Assembly (NCBI GenBank): GCA_963820635.1
Contig: CAWGAN010000003.1
Location: forward strand, 583,459-647,458
DNA: 64,000 nucleotides
Reading direction: 5' to 3'
DNA from: an uncultured Gaiellaceae bacterium
GTDB taxonomy: Bacteria > Actinomycetota > Thermoleophilia > Gaiellales > Gaiellaceae
Shown: positions 11,881 to 22,599 of the stretch, piece after piece
Layout: the number at the start of each line of letters is the position of its first letter
Position numbering within the stretch: the first letter of the stretch is position 1
Position numbers and translations under genes: made by a program
The notes under the pieces: generated by a model
What the model saw: only the letters and a program-made list of their open reading frames with translations
Told to the model about the DNA's origin: nothing
The model's database searches: none

Positions 11881-11959
11881 GCCGCGGCCGCGAAGCGGAC
11901 GCCTTCAGGGATCGTCTGCGACCGGAGATTCCGCGCTAGCGGATCTCCGGTCTGCGGAC
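11881..11959. repeat. Structured intergenic repeat, single copy of the family also seen at 57425 and 59195
   Basis: CCGCGAAGCGGACGCCTTCAGGGAT module followed by the long hairpin GACCGGAGAT-TCCGC-GCTA-GCGG-ATCTCCGGTC. It lies between the gdhA stop and the start of the glutaredoxin-like gene. Confidence 0.7.
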
Positions 11960-11962
11960 AAA

Positions 11963-13234
11963 TCACGGATAGAGACCCCGCGTGGTGGTCGCCTCCGCGA
12001 CGCGCTGCACCGCGATCCCGTACGAGGCCATGCGAAGGCTCGTCGCATGGCTCTCGCGCGTGTGCCAGGCGTCCTCGAACGCACGAGCGACGATGTCGTG
12101 GAGCTTCGCGTTGACCTCGTCCTCCCGCCAGAAGTACTCCTGCAGTCCCTGCACCCACTCGAAGTACGAGACGACGACCCCGCCGGCGTTGGCCAGGACG
12201 TCCGGGAGGACGAGGACGCCGCGCTCCTCGAGGATCGCGTCTGCGCTCGGCGTCACCGGACCGTTCGCGCCCTCGCAGATCACGGTCGCCTTCACGCGAT
12301 CGGCGTTCGCCTCGGTGACGACCTGCTCGAGCGCGCACGGCGCGAGGATGTCGCAGGGAAGCTCGATGAGCTCCTCGTTCGTCACGGCATCCGCATTGCC
12401 GAGACCCGCGAGCACCCCGTGCTCCTGCTTGTGCGCGAGCGCCGCCGGGATGTCGAGCCCCGCCGCGTTGTAGACACCACCCTGCGAATCCGACACGGCG
12501 ACGACCTTCGCGCCTTCGGAATGGAGCAGTCGCGCGAGGTTCGAGCCCACGTTCCCGAAGCCCTGGATCGCGACCGAGTACTCGCTGAGGCGCCGTCCCT
12601 GCTTCGTGGACAGGGCCTGGATGCAGTAGAGGCTGCCGCGGGCGGTCGCCTCCTCGCGACCGAGCGAGCCGCCGATCGAGAGCGGCTTGCCGGTGACGAC
12701 GCCGAGCACGGAGTACCCCTTGTTCATCGAGTAGGTGTCGAAGATCCACGCCATGACCCGGCCGTCCGTGCCGACGTCCGGCGCGGGGATGTCCCGCTCG
12801 GGGCCGATGTCGTTGATGATCTCGCTGGTGTAGCGGCGCGTCATCCGCTCGAGCTCGCCCGCGGAGAGCGTCTTCGGGTTGCAGACGACGCCACCCTTGG
12901 CACCGCCGAACGGAAGTCCCATCAGCGCGCACTTCCAGGTCATCCACATCGACAGCGACTTGACCTCGTCGAGCGTGACGTCCGGGTGGTAGCGGATGCC
13001 CCCCTTCGACGGGCCGCGCGCGATGTTGTGCGTCACGCGGTAGCCCTGGTACACCTCGATCGACCCGTCGTCCATCGACACCGGGATCGAGACCTCGACG
13101 GCCTTCTTGCACTGCGAGAGGACGCGAATCAGGTTCGGATCGAGGGCGAAGATCTCGCCGACTCGGCGGAGCTGCGACTTCGCCAGCTCGAAGGGGTTCT
13201 CGCGGAGATGTGACTCCGCCTCGGCGGTTGACAT
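11963..13234 (-). CDS. gdhA: NAD(P)-specific glutamate dehydrogenase
   Basis: Intact 423-aa ORF with KGGIRYHPDVTLDEVKSLSMWMTWKCALMGLPFGGAKGGVVCNP and the nucleotide-binding motif IQGFGNVGS. Confidence 0.92.
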   Translation of the reverse strand: MSTAEAESHLRENPFELAKSQLRRVGEIFALDPNLIRVLSQCKKAVEVSIPVSMDDGSIEVYQGYRVTHNIARGPSKGGIRYHPDVTLDEVKSLSMWMTWKCALMGLPFGGAKGGVVCNPKTLSAGELERMTRRYTSEIINDIGPERDIPAPDVGTDGRVMAWIFDTYSMNKGYSVLGVVTGKPLSIGGSLGREEATARGSLYCIQALSTKQGRRLSEYSVAIQGFGNVGSNLARLLHSEGAKVVAVSDSQGGVYNAAGLDIPAALAHKQEHGVLAGLGNADAVTNEELIELPCDILAPCALEQVVTEANADRVKATVICEGANGPVTPSADAILEERGVLVLPDVLANAGGVVVSYFEWVQGLQEYFWREDEVNAKLHDIVARAFEDAWHTRESHATSLRMASYGIAVQRVAEATTTRGLYP

Positions 13235-13283
13235 CGAGGTGCGCCTCCCTGGCTCGACTGGACGGTCGCGAGTATACGACCGG

Positions 13284-15808
13284 CTAGCGGACGCGATACT
13301 CGATCGTGTCCGCCTGCCGTCGTGTCCCGTCTCCTGGATACGCCACGACGCGGATCGTGAAGACTCGGCGCCCGAGGCGCTCGCCCGTCGGGCCTCGCCC
13401 GGTGAGACCGAACGTGTAGCGGCCAGGGAGGAGCTCGCGCCGCCGCGCGAGCAGGCCGATCCGGGTTCCGCCTCGCCACAGCTCGACTTCGAGAAGCTCG
13501 ACCGACCGGACCTGCGGATCGGGTGCAGCCGTCACGGAGCCCGCCACGAACGAGAGCGCCGCCGGCGTGGCGTCGGAGATGCGCGTCCCTGTCGTCTCCA
13601 GCGTGAGCCTCGACACGAGGTCGACGCGAGGAGGCACGGCGACGGTCCACGGCACGTGCACCTCAGGCGAGTCTCCGACCCGGAGGACGAGCTCGCCCGT
13701 CGCCGCGCCCGCTTCCTCCGAGAGGTCTCCGGTGTCGGCGCGAACGACGACGGTCGTCGTTCGACCCGGGCCGCAGGCGGAAGCGCTGCGGATCGACGGT
13801 GATCTCCACGCCCTTCGGCGCGATCGCGGCGTTCCCGACCGTGACCGAGAGACGGCGCGTCGAGACGTTCGTGATCGACGATCCTGCGCTCGGCGCCGAA
13901 CGGCCCCGAGACCGCGCCGAACGACAGCAGCGCGGGCTCGGCCAGCAGCTCCTGCTGGACGGCGGCGCGCAGATCGACCAGGCCGGCCCCCGACGCCGTC
14001 GGGTCGAGGTCGGCGCGCTGCGCCGATCCGACGAGCAGCCCGTGGAGCGAACGGGCGCCCAGCGACGGCCGCCCTTGCGCGAGCACCGCTGCGACGCCGG
14101 CGGTCACGGCCGCGGCGGCGCTCGTCCCGCTGATCGTCCCGAACCGCACCTCGCCGTCGTCGCCGCGCCCCGGCTCGGACGTCGGCACCGAGACTCCCGG
14201 CGCGGCGAGGTCGGGCTTGAGCGTGCCGTCGAGGACGAGGCCGCGCGACGAGAACGCAGCGATCGACCCACCGGCCTCACGACTCGCCACCTCGACGTTG
14301 CCGATGGCAACCGTCACGGGAATCCCCGCAGCGAGCATCGCCCTGATCTCGGCCACGACACCCTGGGCGAGGCCGACGACCGGCACGCCTGCAGGGACGT
14401 CGAGACTGAAGGCGCCCGCGGGAAGCGGGCCGTCGACGAGCACCGACAGCGCGCCGGCCGATGTCGCCTCCTCCACGGTGTCGTCCGAGAGCGCGGCACG
14501 CGGAAGGAGCACCGCGTTCCCGGCGACCGAGCTCACGCCGTCCTCGGAGAAGAGCCCGGCGATGCCGCCCGCTGCCGTCCGACGGTCGACGAGCACGACG
14601 TCGGCGGTCACGGTCTCCGTCGGGGCGCCACCGAGCGGGACGTCGTCCTCGTAGAGGACACGGAGGCCGGCGCGCACGTGCACGCGAACGGTCGGCGCCG
14701 CGAGGCGGCCGTCCGCGGCGCCCACCGTGACGGCGTCGACCGCGCCGCCGGGTCCCGCGATGCTCCCGTAGCCGGGCCCTGCCTGCCCGTCGTTCCCGGC
14801 GGGGACGATCGTGAGCATGTCGAGATCTGCCGCTCCGGCGATCGCGCGTGGCAGCGGGCCGTCCGCGAACGACGCGTACGGCTCGACCATCCCGATGAGG
14901 GCGATGCGCGCGGCGTCGAGCACGTCGCCGTCGTCGTTGGGATCGACGGCCGCCTCGAGCCCGGCGAGGATCTGATCCGTGCGCGAGTAGACGCTGTAGC
15001 CGCCCTCCGCGTTCGGCTGCCAGCCGCCGACACGGACCGGGAGGATCGAGGCGCCGGGCGCGATCCCGTGCAGCCCGTCCGGACCCTCGGTGCCGGCGAT
15101 GATCCCGGCGAGCTCGGTCGCGTGCCGCTCCGGCCGACCAGGAATCGTCGGGTGCGGCTGCGCGACTCCGCCGCTGCCTGGGTCGATGACGTCGACACCC
15201 GAGAGCACGCGGCGGCGCAGGTAGGGATGGGACGGATCGACGCCGGTGTCGAGCAGCGCGACGGTCACGCCGGAGCCGTCGAGACCCGCGATCTCGAGAT
15301 CGGCGACCGCCGACGGCAGCACGCCACCTTCCGACTCGGCGGCCTGCGCTGGATAGGCGATCCGCACCGGGTAGACGCCCACGACCTCGCGATCGCGATC
15401 GAGCAACGCAGCCGACGTGGGGTCCAGACGGGCCGAGAAGCCGTTGACCACGCGCGTGTAGCGGTACTCGGGAGCGATCCGGGCTCCGACCGCGGCGAGC
15501 CGCGCGAGGAACTGCTCCTGCTGCGCGACCGCAGCGGCCGACCACGCGCGCATCTCCGCCTCCGTCGCTCGTCCTCCAGCCCCTCGCACCCGCGCTGCCA
15601 GCGACGGAGGCCTGAGCAGCACGATGTAGCGCTGCGCCGTCGAGACGGCTGCGCGCACCCCGAGAACGCCCTGCCAGCCCGCCTCGTCGACCGACTGCGC
15701 CGGCTGCTGCTGCGCGCTCCCTCCCGCGACGCCGAGCGCGAGCGCGACGACGGCCGTCGCGAAGATCGGCAGGGGTCTAGCGAATGGACGCATACGCATC
15801 GAGGTCAC
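13284..15808 (-). CDS. Secreted S8 subtilase-like protease (second copy), apparent frameshifts in the C-terminal third
   Basis: Signal peptide [27 protein letters not shown]. Motifs are [18 protein letters not shown] and [12 protein letters not shown]. The start overlaps the tsaD 3' end. Frame breaks lie between about 13650 and 13900. Confidence 0.7.
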
Positions 15809-16744
15809 GGTAACGAGGGTATGGAAGCGGCTCGACGTACCGTGAACATGAAGCGATCATTGCGGCGTTGTCCGTGCACAGCTCGAGCGGAGCGAACGCG
15901 GCGTCGGGCAACGCTGCGCGAAGCTCCGAGTTCGCGGCGACGCCACCGACGACTGCGAGCCGCTCGAGACCCGTCACGTCGGCCGCCTCGTGGAGACGCC
16001 GCACCAGCGCACGCACGATCGCGCGCTGGTACGACGCCGCGAGGTCGGCCCTGCGGGCGTCGGTCTCGACCGGGCCGAGATCGCGCACGACATAGAGGAG
16101 CGCGGTCTTCAGTCCCGAGAAGGAGAAGTCGAGACCGGAAACGCGCGCCACCGGGAAGTCGAACGCGCCCGCGTCTCCCTCCTGCGCGAGCCGATCGATC
16201 GCCGCACCGCCCGGATAGCCGAGCCCGAGCAGTCGGGCACCCTTGTCGAACGCCTCCCCCGCCGCGTCGTCGAGGGTCGTGCCGAGCCGCTCCGAGCGGC
16301 CGCGTTCGCGCACGGCGAGGAGCAGGGTGTGCCCGCCGCTCGCGAGCAGGCACGTGAACGGCGGCTCGACGGGGCCGGGCTCGAGGTAGAGCGACGCGAC
16401 GTGCCCCTCGAGGTGATCGACGGGGACGAGCGGCAGCCCGCGCGCCCACGCGAGGGCCTTGGCAGCCGAGATGCCGACGAGGAGCGCACCGACGAGCCCC
16501 GGGCCCTGGGTCACCGCGACCCGCTCGATCGCCGTCGAGCGGAGTGTCGGCCCCGGCGAGCGCGTCGCGCACGACGGGCGAGACGAGCTCGAGATGCCTG
16601 CGCGACGCGATCTCCGGCACGACTCCGCCGAAGCGGGCATGGAGATCGGCCTGCGACGAGACGACCGACGACAGCACGCGCCCGTCGTATCGCCACGACG
16701 GCTGCGGCGGTCTCGTCGCACGAGGTCTCGATCCCGAGGATCAC
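15777..16744 (-). CDS. tsaD: tRNA N6-adenosine threonylcarbamoyltransferase TsaD, apparent frameshifts
   Basis: [17 protein letters not shown]..., [52 protein letters not shown] and [15 protein letters not shown] 16742-16744 overlaps the rimI TGA. Frame breaks lie near 16690 and 16540. Confidence 0.85.
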
Positions 16745-17205
16745 GATGCTTGCTCGGAGGGCGCCGGCTCGCGCCACATGATCACCGCGTCCTCGCGATT
16801 GTCCGTGTAGTAGCCGCGGCGGAGACCGCGGGCCTCGAATCCGAGCTGCTCGTAGAGCCGGATGGCACCCGTGTTCGAGACGCGCACCTCGAGCGTGTAC
16901 CCGCGTCGCGGGTCCGTCGCGGTCACGTCGAAGAGCCGTTCGAGGAGGGCCGACGCGATCCCGCGCCGGCGGTACGCGTCCGCGACGGCGACGTTCATGA
17001 CGTGCCAGGCGTCCACGTAGCGCGACACGAAGGCGTACCCGACGAGGACGTCGTCCTCGGCGAACGCCCCGAGCGCCAGCGAGCTGGGCTTGCGGAGCTC
17101 GGCGTCGAACATCGAGCGCGACCACGGCGTCGGATAGGACTCGCGCTCGATCTCCTCGACGACGGCGAGGTCGTGCGTCTCGAGCCTGCGCAGCTCGACG
17201 TTCAC
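16741..17205 (-). CDS. rimI: Ribosomal-protein-alanine N-acetyltransferase (GNAT)
   Basis: VNVELRRLETHDLAVVEEIERESYPTPWSRSMFDAEL...VADAYRRRGIASALLERL...LEVRVSNTGAIRLYEQLGF. The GTGA overlap with tsaB and the position inside the tsaEBD cluster support the call. Confidence 0.8.
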   Translation of the reverse strand: MNVELRRLETHDLAVVEEIERESYPTPWSRSMFDAELRKPSSLALGAFAEDDVLVGYAFVSRYVDAWHVMNVAVADAYRRRGIASALLERLFDVTATDPRRGYTLEVRVSNTGAIRLYEQLGFEARGLRRGYYTDNREDAVIMWREPAPSEQAS

Positions 17206-17790
17206 GTCCGCGGAAGCTCCGCGTCCGGCACGCGCACGTAGATCGGCTCGAGGCGCTCGACCTCGGCGTAGTCGCCGTGCGAGCGAGGCGTGTAGCCGGG
17301 CGTGCGGGAGATGGCGGTCGTCGTCGTCCGGGGGAACCACCGCGCCGCGACGCTCGAGCGTCGCGCGATAGCGAACGGCGCCGCTCCCGACGCAGAGCGT
17401 CCCGGGCTCGAGCTCGAGGTCGTCGGGCGAGACCGCCCGGGGCCCTGCGACGAACACCTCCTGTCGGCGCGCGTCGATCACCGGATAGGCCCCTGGCGAC
17501 GAGGCCGCGAGCGCGTCGAGCGTGGACACGCCGGCGCCCGGGATCTCGAGCGCGAGCCCGAGCCCACGGGCGAAGGCGAGGCCGATTCGCGTGCTCGTGA
17601 AGCTCCCCGGCCCCGTTCCGACGACGAGCGCATCGAGATCGGCTGGGGTCGATCCCGCGCTAACGAGGAGGTCGTCGACGTCGCCGACCAGGGCACGCGG
17701 CGCGCCCGTGCGCTCACCGAGGACACGGCCGTCCAGGACGAGCGCGCTCGTCGCGACATCGGTCGCGGTGTCGAAGGCGAGTACGAGCAC
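17202..17790 (-). CDS. tsaB: tRNA threonylcarbamoyladenosine biosynthesis protein TsaB, one apparent frameshift near the 3' end
   Basis: VLVLAFDTATDVATSALVLDGRVLGER...LVVGTGPGSFTSTRIGLAFARGLGLAL. GTG 17788-17790 overlaps the tsaE TAG. Confidence 0.8.
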
Positions 17791-18233
17791 TACGAAATGC
17801 CTTCTAGCAGCGCGGTCTCGGCCGACGCGAGCACGAGCCGGCGCCGGTCGCCTCCTGCGTGCTCGAGCGACACCGCGACCCGCACCGGCGGGAGCGCAGA
17901 CGCACCCGCTTCCGGCCATTCGACGAAGACCACCGCGTCGTCGAAATACGGCTCGAGGTCTCCCCACTCGGCAGCCGACACCTCGGTAAACCGATAGAGG
18001 TCGAGATGCGAGACGTCGACCGCGCCGACGTAGCGATGACCGATCGTGAACGTCGGGCTCGTCACCGGCGAGGTGACTCCCAGCGCCCGGCTCGCCCCCC
18101 GAACGAATGTCGTCTTCCCCGTCCCGAGCTCGCCCGAGACGGTGACGACGTCGCCGACGGTGAGGCGCTCGGCGAGGACGGCCGCGATCCGCTCGGTCTC
18201 GCCCGCCGAGGCGCTGGCGAGCTCGATGTGCAC
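17790..18233 (-). CDS. tsaE: tRNA threonylcarbamoyladenosine biosynthesis ATPase TsaE
   Basis: Intact 147-aa ORF with VVTVSGELGTGKTTFVRGASRALGV...SPTFTIGHRY...HLDLYR. Confidence 0.88.
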   Translation of the reverse strand: MHIELASASAGETERIAAVLAERLTVGDVVTVSGELGTGKTTFVRGASRALGVTSPVTSPTFTIGHRYVGAVDVSHLDLYRFTEVSAAEWGDLEPYFDDAVVFVEWPEAGASALPPVRVAVSLEHAGGDRRRLVLASAETALLEGIS

Positions 18234-18234
18234 G

Positions 18235-18899
18235 TCAGAACAGGCCGAGCTGGACTGACTCGGGATCGGGCTCGAGCTGGGCAGCTACCAGCTCGTTCGG
18301 CGCTGGTGGCTCGTCGACCGCATTCTCAAGCAAGGCCGGGATGCGCGCGAAGTCCTCCTCGAGCACCTTCAGCATCGAGGGCGTGTAGAGAGCAGCTGCT
18401 GGGTGGTAGAGCGGGTAGAGGAGCACCGACCGCGCGCCGAGCGTCACCTCCTGCTCGTACCCGTGCACCTTCGTGATCCCAGCGGGCTTGCCGGAGAGAA
18501 GCTTCGTCGCGAAGTTTCCGAGCGTCGCGACGAGCTTCGGCTCGATGAGCTCGATCTGCCGGAAGAGGTGCGGCTCGCAGGACGCGATCTCCTCCGGAAG
18601 CGGATCGCGATTTCCCGGAGGTCGGCACTTCAATACGTTCGACCACGAAGACGTCTGCTCGAGTCAGCTCGATTCCGGCGAGCAGCTTGTCGAGCAGCTT
18701 CCCCGCCTGCCCGACGAACGGCACGCCCTGCTGGTCCTCGTGGAAACCCGGGCGCTTCGCCGACGAACATCAGGTCGGCGTCCGGGCTCCCGGAGCCGAA
18801 CACGACCTGCGTGCGGCCTTGCGCGAGCGCGCAACGGGTGCAGCTCGCGGTCTCCTCGGCGTACGCTCGGAGTGCGGAGGCGCGCTCGACGGCGTCCAT
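18235..18899 (-). CDS. Family 4 uracil-DNA glycosylase, apparent frameshifts
   Basis: Stitched product: [32 protein letters not shown], then [26 protein letters not shown], then [44 protein letters not shown]...[12 protein letters not shown]. Frame breaks lie near 18750 and 18640. Confidence 0.8.
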
Positions 18900-18984
18900 C
18901 GGGAGGTCAGTCTACGGCGTGGCGCGGATGGTCATTCGAGCGCCGCGACTTGGAGGGGCGCGGCGCTCGAATCCGAGCAAAGTG

Positions 18985-19236
18985 CTATGCGGAGGCGGTC
19001 GCCGTTCGCTGCGCCTCGCGCGTCGACGCGACGCGCCGCTCGGCGAGCGGATACCAGCCGACGAGCCGCAAGCTCGAGAACCAGACGACGGTCGCACCAA
19101 CAGCGACACCGAGCTTCTGCTCCCAGCCGAAGACGTAGTCGACTGCGCCGATCCCGATCGCATCCGCAGCGACCGACACCATGACGAGCCCCAAACCAGC
19201 AACGACAAGAACCGCGAAGAGCCACTTTCGACCCAT
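18985..19236 (-). CDS. Small membrane protein (83 aa), unknown function
   Basis: MGRKWLFAVLVVAGLGLVMVSVAADAIG...GVAVGATVVWFSSLRLVGWY. GGGAGG RBS precedes ATG 19234-19236. Confidence 0.45.
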   Translation of the reverse strand: MGRKWLFAVLVVAGLGLVMVSVAADAIGIGAVDYVFGWEQKLGVAVGATVVWFSSLRLVGWYPLAERRVASTREAQRTATASA

Positions 19237-19310
19237 GAACGTCCTCCCTTCTGGGTCGGATCGTAGGCCTGGGTGGGCCTTCCTCAATCCCTCGTCTCAG
19301 GGTTCCGCGT

Positions 19311-19538
19311 CTAGCTGCCGCAGCCGCAGGAGCCGCCGCAGCAACCGCCGCCGCCACCGCCGCCCGACGGACCGCTGAACGCCGGCTTCGAGGCTGCGCC
19401 GTGGACGGCGAAGCTCGAGAGCTGCTTCAGGACCTTCGCGGCGCCGCACTCGGGGCAGGTCACCGCCTGATCGCTCGAGCGGACGAGCTCGTCGAAGTGC
19501 GACTCGCACTCCATGCACGCGTACTCGTAGATCGGCAC
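19311..19538 (-). CDS. FmdB/CxxC_CxxC_SSSS zinc-ribbon family small protein
   Basis: VPIYEYACMECESHFDELVRSSDQAVTCPECGAAKVLKQLSSF..., with the Gly/Cys-rich tail that is typical of the family. Confidence 0.8.
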   Translation of the reverse strand: MPIYEYACMECESHFDELVRSSDQAVTCPECGAAKVLKQLSSFAVHGAASKPAFSGPSGGGGGGGCCGGSCGCGS

Positions 19539-19545
19539 GGGCCGA

Positions 19546-20153
19546 GTGTACTGTCGCGTGCGGTGGAAGCGTGGACGGCACCGACCCTCGCAGGGACGTA
19601 TCGTCCGCCTCGAGCCGCTTCGCGCCGAGCACGAGGAGGGACTCTGGCTCGCGTCGCGCGATCCGCGGACGTGGCGCTGGCTCAGCGTCGTGCAACCGCA
19701 GACGCGTGAGGAGTGGCATGCGTTTCGTCGCGCAAGCACTCGCGCGCGGCAGACGCTGGAACGGAGATACCGCTCGTCACGATCAGGGGCGAGGAGATCG
19801 TCGGCTCGACGCGCTTCCTCGCGCTCCGCCCCGAGCACGGCTCCGTCGAGATCGGCTGGACGTGGCTCCACCCCTCCGCGTGGGGCACGGGCGCGAACGT
19901 CGAAGCGAAGTTCCTCCAGCTGCAGCACGCGTTCGAGGCGTGGGGCTGCCGGCGCGTCGAGTGGAAGACGGACGCGCAGAACGAGCGCTCGTGCCGCGCC
20001 CTCGAAGCGCTCGGCGCCACCTTCGAGGGCATCCACCGACAGCACATGCTCGTCCGCGACGGCGAGAACCGCGACAGCGCGTGGTACGCGGTGACCGACG
20101 ACGACTGGCCTGGCGTTCGGGCGCGACTCGAAGCGAGGCTTGCCCAGCGCTAG
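19546..20153 (+). CDS. GNAT N-acetyltransferase (RimJ/RimL-like), apparent frameshift; start uncertain
   Basis: RIVRLEPLRAEHEEGLWLASRDPRTWRWL..., then EIVGSTRFLALRPEHGSVEIGWTWLHPSAWGTGANVEAKFLQLQHAFEAWGCRRVEWKTDAQNERSCRALEALGATFEGIHR. A frame break lies near 19730. Confidence 0.65.
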
Positions 20154-20213
20154 CTGCGCGAGGCACACTTCCTCGTGCCCGGTATCCCGAACGGGAACTG
20201 GAGCCACGAGAAG

Positions 20214-20910
20214 ATGATCGAGAGTATTCAGATCGTCGGCGCGCGCGGGCGCGTCGGCTCGGCGGTGAGCGCACGGCTCGCAGAGCGAGGCGTCGTCCTC
20301 GACGCGGCGACGCCGGAGCTCGTCCTGCTGTGCGTCCCCGACCGCGCGATCGCGGAGGTCGCCGCCGCGACGCCGCTCGGCCCGTGGATCGCTCACGTCA
20401 GCGGCGCGACCCCGCTCGACGCCCTCGACCCCCACGTCGCGGCGCTTCGGCCTGCATCCGCTGCAGTCGTTCTCCAAGGACCTCGGGCCCGAGCAGCTCG
20501 ACGGCGTCTGGGGAGCCGTGACCGCTGAGTCCGACGAGGCTCGTGCGGTCGGACACCGGCTCGCCGAGACCTTGGGGCTGCGTGCGTTCGACCTCGACGA
20601 CGACAGACGAGCCGCCTACCACGCGGGCGCCGCGATGGCCTCGAACTACCTCGTCACCCTTCGAGCCGCGGCGCAGTCGCTGCTCGAGGCGGCGGGCGCT
20701 CCGCCCGAGGCGCTCGACCCGCTGATCCGCGGCGTCATGGACTCTGGCTTCGAGCTCACCGGACCGATCGCGCGCGGCGACTGGGAGACCGTCGAGCGTC
20801 ATCTCGCCGTGATCCGCGCCGAGCGCCCGGAGCTCGAGGAGCTCTACCTCGTGCTCGCGGCCGCGACGGCGCGCATCGCGGGACGCGATCCGCACGAGGT
20901 CCCGGCGTGA
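20214..20910 (+). CDS. Rossmann-like/DUF2520 protein commonly found upstream of panC, apparent frameshift
   Basis: MIESIQIVGARGRVGSAVSARLAERG...LVLLCVPDRAI, then AAYHAGAAMASNYLVTLRAAAQSLL...GPIARGDWETVERHL. The stop overlaps the panC GTG (GTGA). Confidence 0.6.
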
Positions 20911-21688
20911 AGGTCTGTCGCACCATCGCCGAGATCCGCGACGCGCTCGCGCCCCTCCGCAGCGCGTCGATCGGGCTGGTGCCGACGATGGGATCGCTCC
21001 ACGACGGCCATCTCGCGCTGCTGCGCGCGGCCCGCGCGGAGAACGACACGGTCGTGCATGAGCCTCTTCGTGAACCCGGCGCAGTTCGCCGCAATCCGAC
21101 GACCTCGCCCGCTACCCGCGCGACGAAGGCGCGAGATCTCGCGCTCGCACGAGACGAGGGCGTCGATCTCGTCTTCGCTCCGTCATCCGACGAGATGTAC
21201 CCGCCCGGCTTCCAGACCTGGGTCGACGTGACCGAGCTCGGCTCGATCCTCGAGGGACGCTTTCGTCCCGGCCACTTCCGCGGCGTGGCGACGATCGTCC
21301 TCAAGCTCTTCACGATCGTTCGTCCCACGCGGGCGTACTTCGGGCAGAAGGACGCGCAGCAGGCGGAGGTGATCCGAAGGCTGATCCGCGACCTCGCTCT
21401 CGAGGTCGAGCTTCGCGTGCTGCCGACCGTTCGCGACGCCGACGGCCTCGCGCTCTCGTCGCGCAATGCGCTCCTCTCCCGAGAGGAGCGGGACGCTGCT
21501 CTCGCGCTCCCGCGCGCGCTCGCGACGCGCGATCGCGACGCCGCGCTCGCAGCTCCTGCGCGCGTCGAACGGCGTCGAGGTCGACTACGTCGAGGTCGCC
21601 GACTTCGATCCGCCCGTTCTCGCCGGCGCCGTCCGCGTCGGCTCGACCCGCCTCATCGACAACGTCGTCCTCGAAGGAGAGAGCATGA
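20907..21688 (+). CDS. panC: Pantoate-beta-alanine ligase, apparent frameshifts; 3' end inferred
   Basis: IGLVPTMGSLHDGHLALLRAARAENDTVV, FRPGHFRGVATIVLKLFTIVRPTRAYFGQKDAQQ, LALSSRN and the C-terminal VDYVEVADFDPPVLAGAVRVGSTRLIDN. Frame breaks lie near 21055, 21095 and 21540. Confidence 0.8.
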
Positions 21689-22599
21689 GCATCCGCCCGC
21701 AGAGGCCCGCGCCCGCCACGCCCGCACCCGGAAGGCTCCCGATCACCGAGCTCGCGGAGATGAAGGCGCGGCGACAGCCGATCGTGATGGTGACCGCGTA
21801 CGACGCGCCGGGAGGCCGCCTCGCCGACGAGGCGGGCTCCGACCTCGTGCTCGTCGGCGACTCCGCCGCGATGACCATGCTCGGCCACGACTCGACCGTG
21901 CCCGCGACGATGGAGGAGATGCTCGTGCTCACCCGCGCCGTCACGCGCGGCGCGAGCCGTCCGCTCGTGATCGCGGACATGCCGTTCGGCTCGTTCCAGG
22001 TCTCCGACGAGGACGCCGTCCGCAACGCGATCCGCTTCGTGAAGGAGGCCGGTGCCGACGCCGTGAAGCTCGAAGGTGCGGGCGCGATGCTCTCGCGCGT
22101 CCGCGCGATCGTCGGCGCCGGTATTCCGGTGATGGGGCACATCGGGCTCACGCCGCAGTCCGCGACGATGCTCGGCGGGTACAGGGCGCAGGGGCGCTCG
22201 GCGGAGAAGGCGATCGCGCTGCTTCACGACGCGCGCGCACTCGAAGCCGCAGGCTGCTTCTCGCTCGTTCTCGAGGCCGTTCCGGCGCCGGTCGCCGCCC
22301 GCATCACGCGGGAGCTCACGATCCCGACGATCGGCATCGGCGCGGGAGCCGACTGCGACGGTCAGGTCCTCGTCTGGCACGACCTCCTCGGTCTCTACGA
22401 GGGCCGCACGGCGCGCTTCGTGAAGCGCTACGCGGAGATCGGCGACACGATTCGCGCTGCGCTCACGGAGTACGCCGCCGACGTACGCGAGCGCCGCTTC
22501 CCGGAGGAGCAGCACACGTACTCGATGCCCGACGACGAGCTCGCGCTGTTCGAGGCTGCCGCCTCAGATCATCGCGAACACGCCGACGATCGCCGCTAG
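21685..22599 (+). CDS. panB: 3-methyl-2-oxobutanoate hydroxymethyltransferase
   Basis: MSIRPQ...LAEMKARRQPIVMVTAYDAPGGRLADEAGSDLVLVGDSAAMTMLGHDSTVPATMEEML...ADMPFGSF...VKLEG...PVMGHIGLTPQS. GGAGAG RBS precedes ATG 21685-21687. Confidence 0.9.
   Translation: MSIRPQRPAPATPAPGRLPITELAEMKARRQPIVMVTAYDAPGGRLADEAGSDLVLVGDSAAMTMLGHDSTVPATMEEMLVLTRAVTRGASRPLVIADMPFGSFQVSDEDAVRNAIRFVKEAGADAVKLEGAGAMLSRVRAIVGAGIPVMGHIGLTPQSATMLGGYRAQGRSAEKAIALLHDARALEAAGCFSLVLEAVPAPVAARITRELTIPTIGIGAGADCDGQVLVWHDLLGLYEGRTARFVKRYAEIGDTIRAALTEYAADVRERRFPEEQHTYSMPDDELALFEAAASDHREHADDRR

Noticed and set aside
15777-15808. 32-nt overlap between the tsaD 3' end and the S8 protease start as a regulatory feature
   Set aside because: Two in-frame ATGs lie just downstream of the GTG (MRMRPF...). 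Using either shortens the overlap, so the long overlap is probably a start-codon calling artefact.
13799-16357. Very long ORFs in the track on the opposite strand or in alternative frames of real genes. Examples are 13799-16357 (+), 30941-32911 (+), 61966-63132 (+), 740-3622 (-) as a single 960-aa protein, and the part of 36376-39969 beyond 38417.
   Set aside because: Their translations are Arg/Pro/Ala/Gly-rich low-complexity strings, typical of off-frame reading in very GC-rich DNA. Each overlaps a gene with clear conserved motifs in another frame or strand.
19311-19538. Gly/Cys-rich tail of the zinc-ribbon protein (GGGGGGGCCGGSCGCGS) as a RiPP precursor core
   Set aside because: This tail is a common feature of the FmdB/CxxC_CxxC_SSSS family, and no modification enzymes are adjacent.
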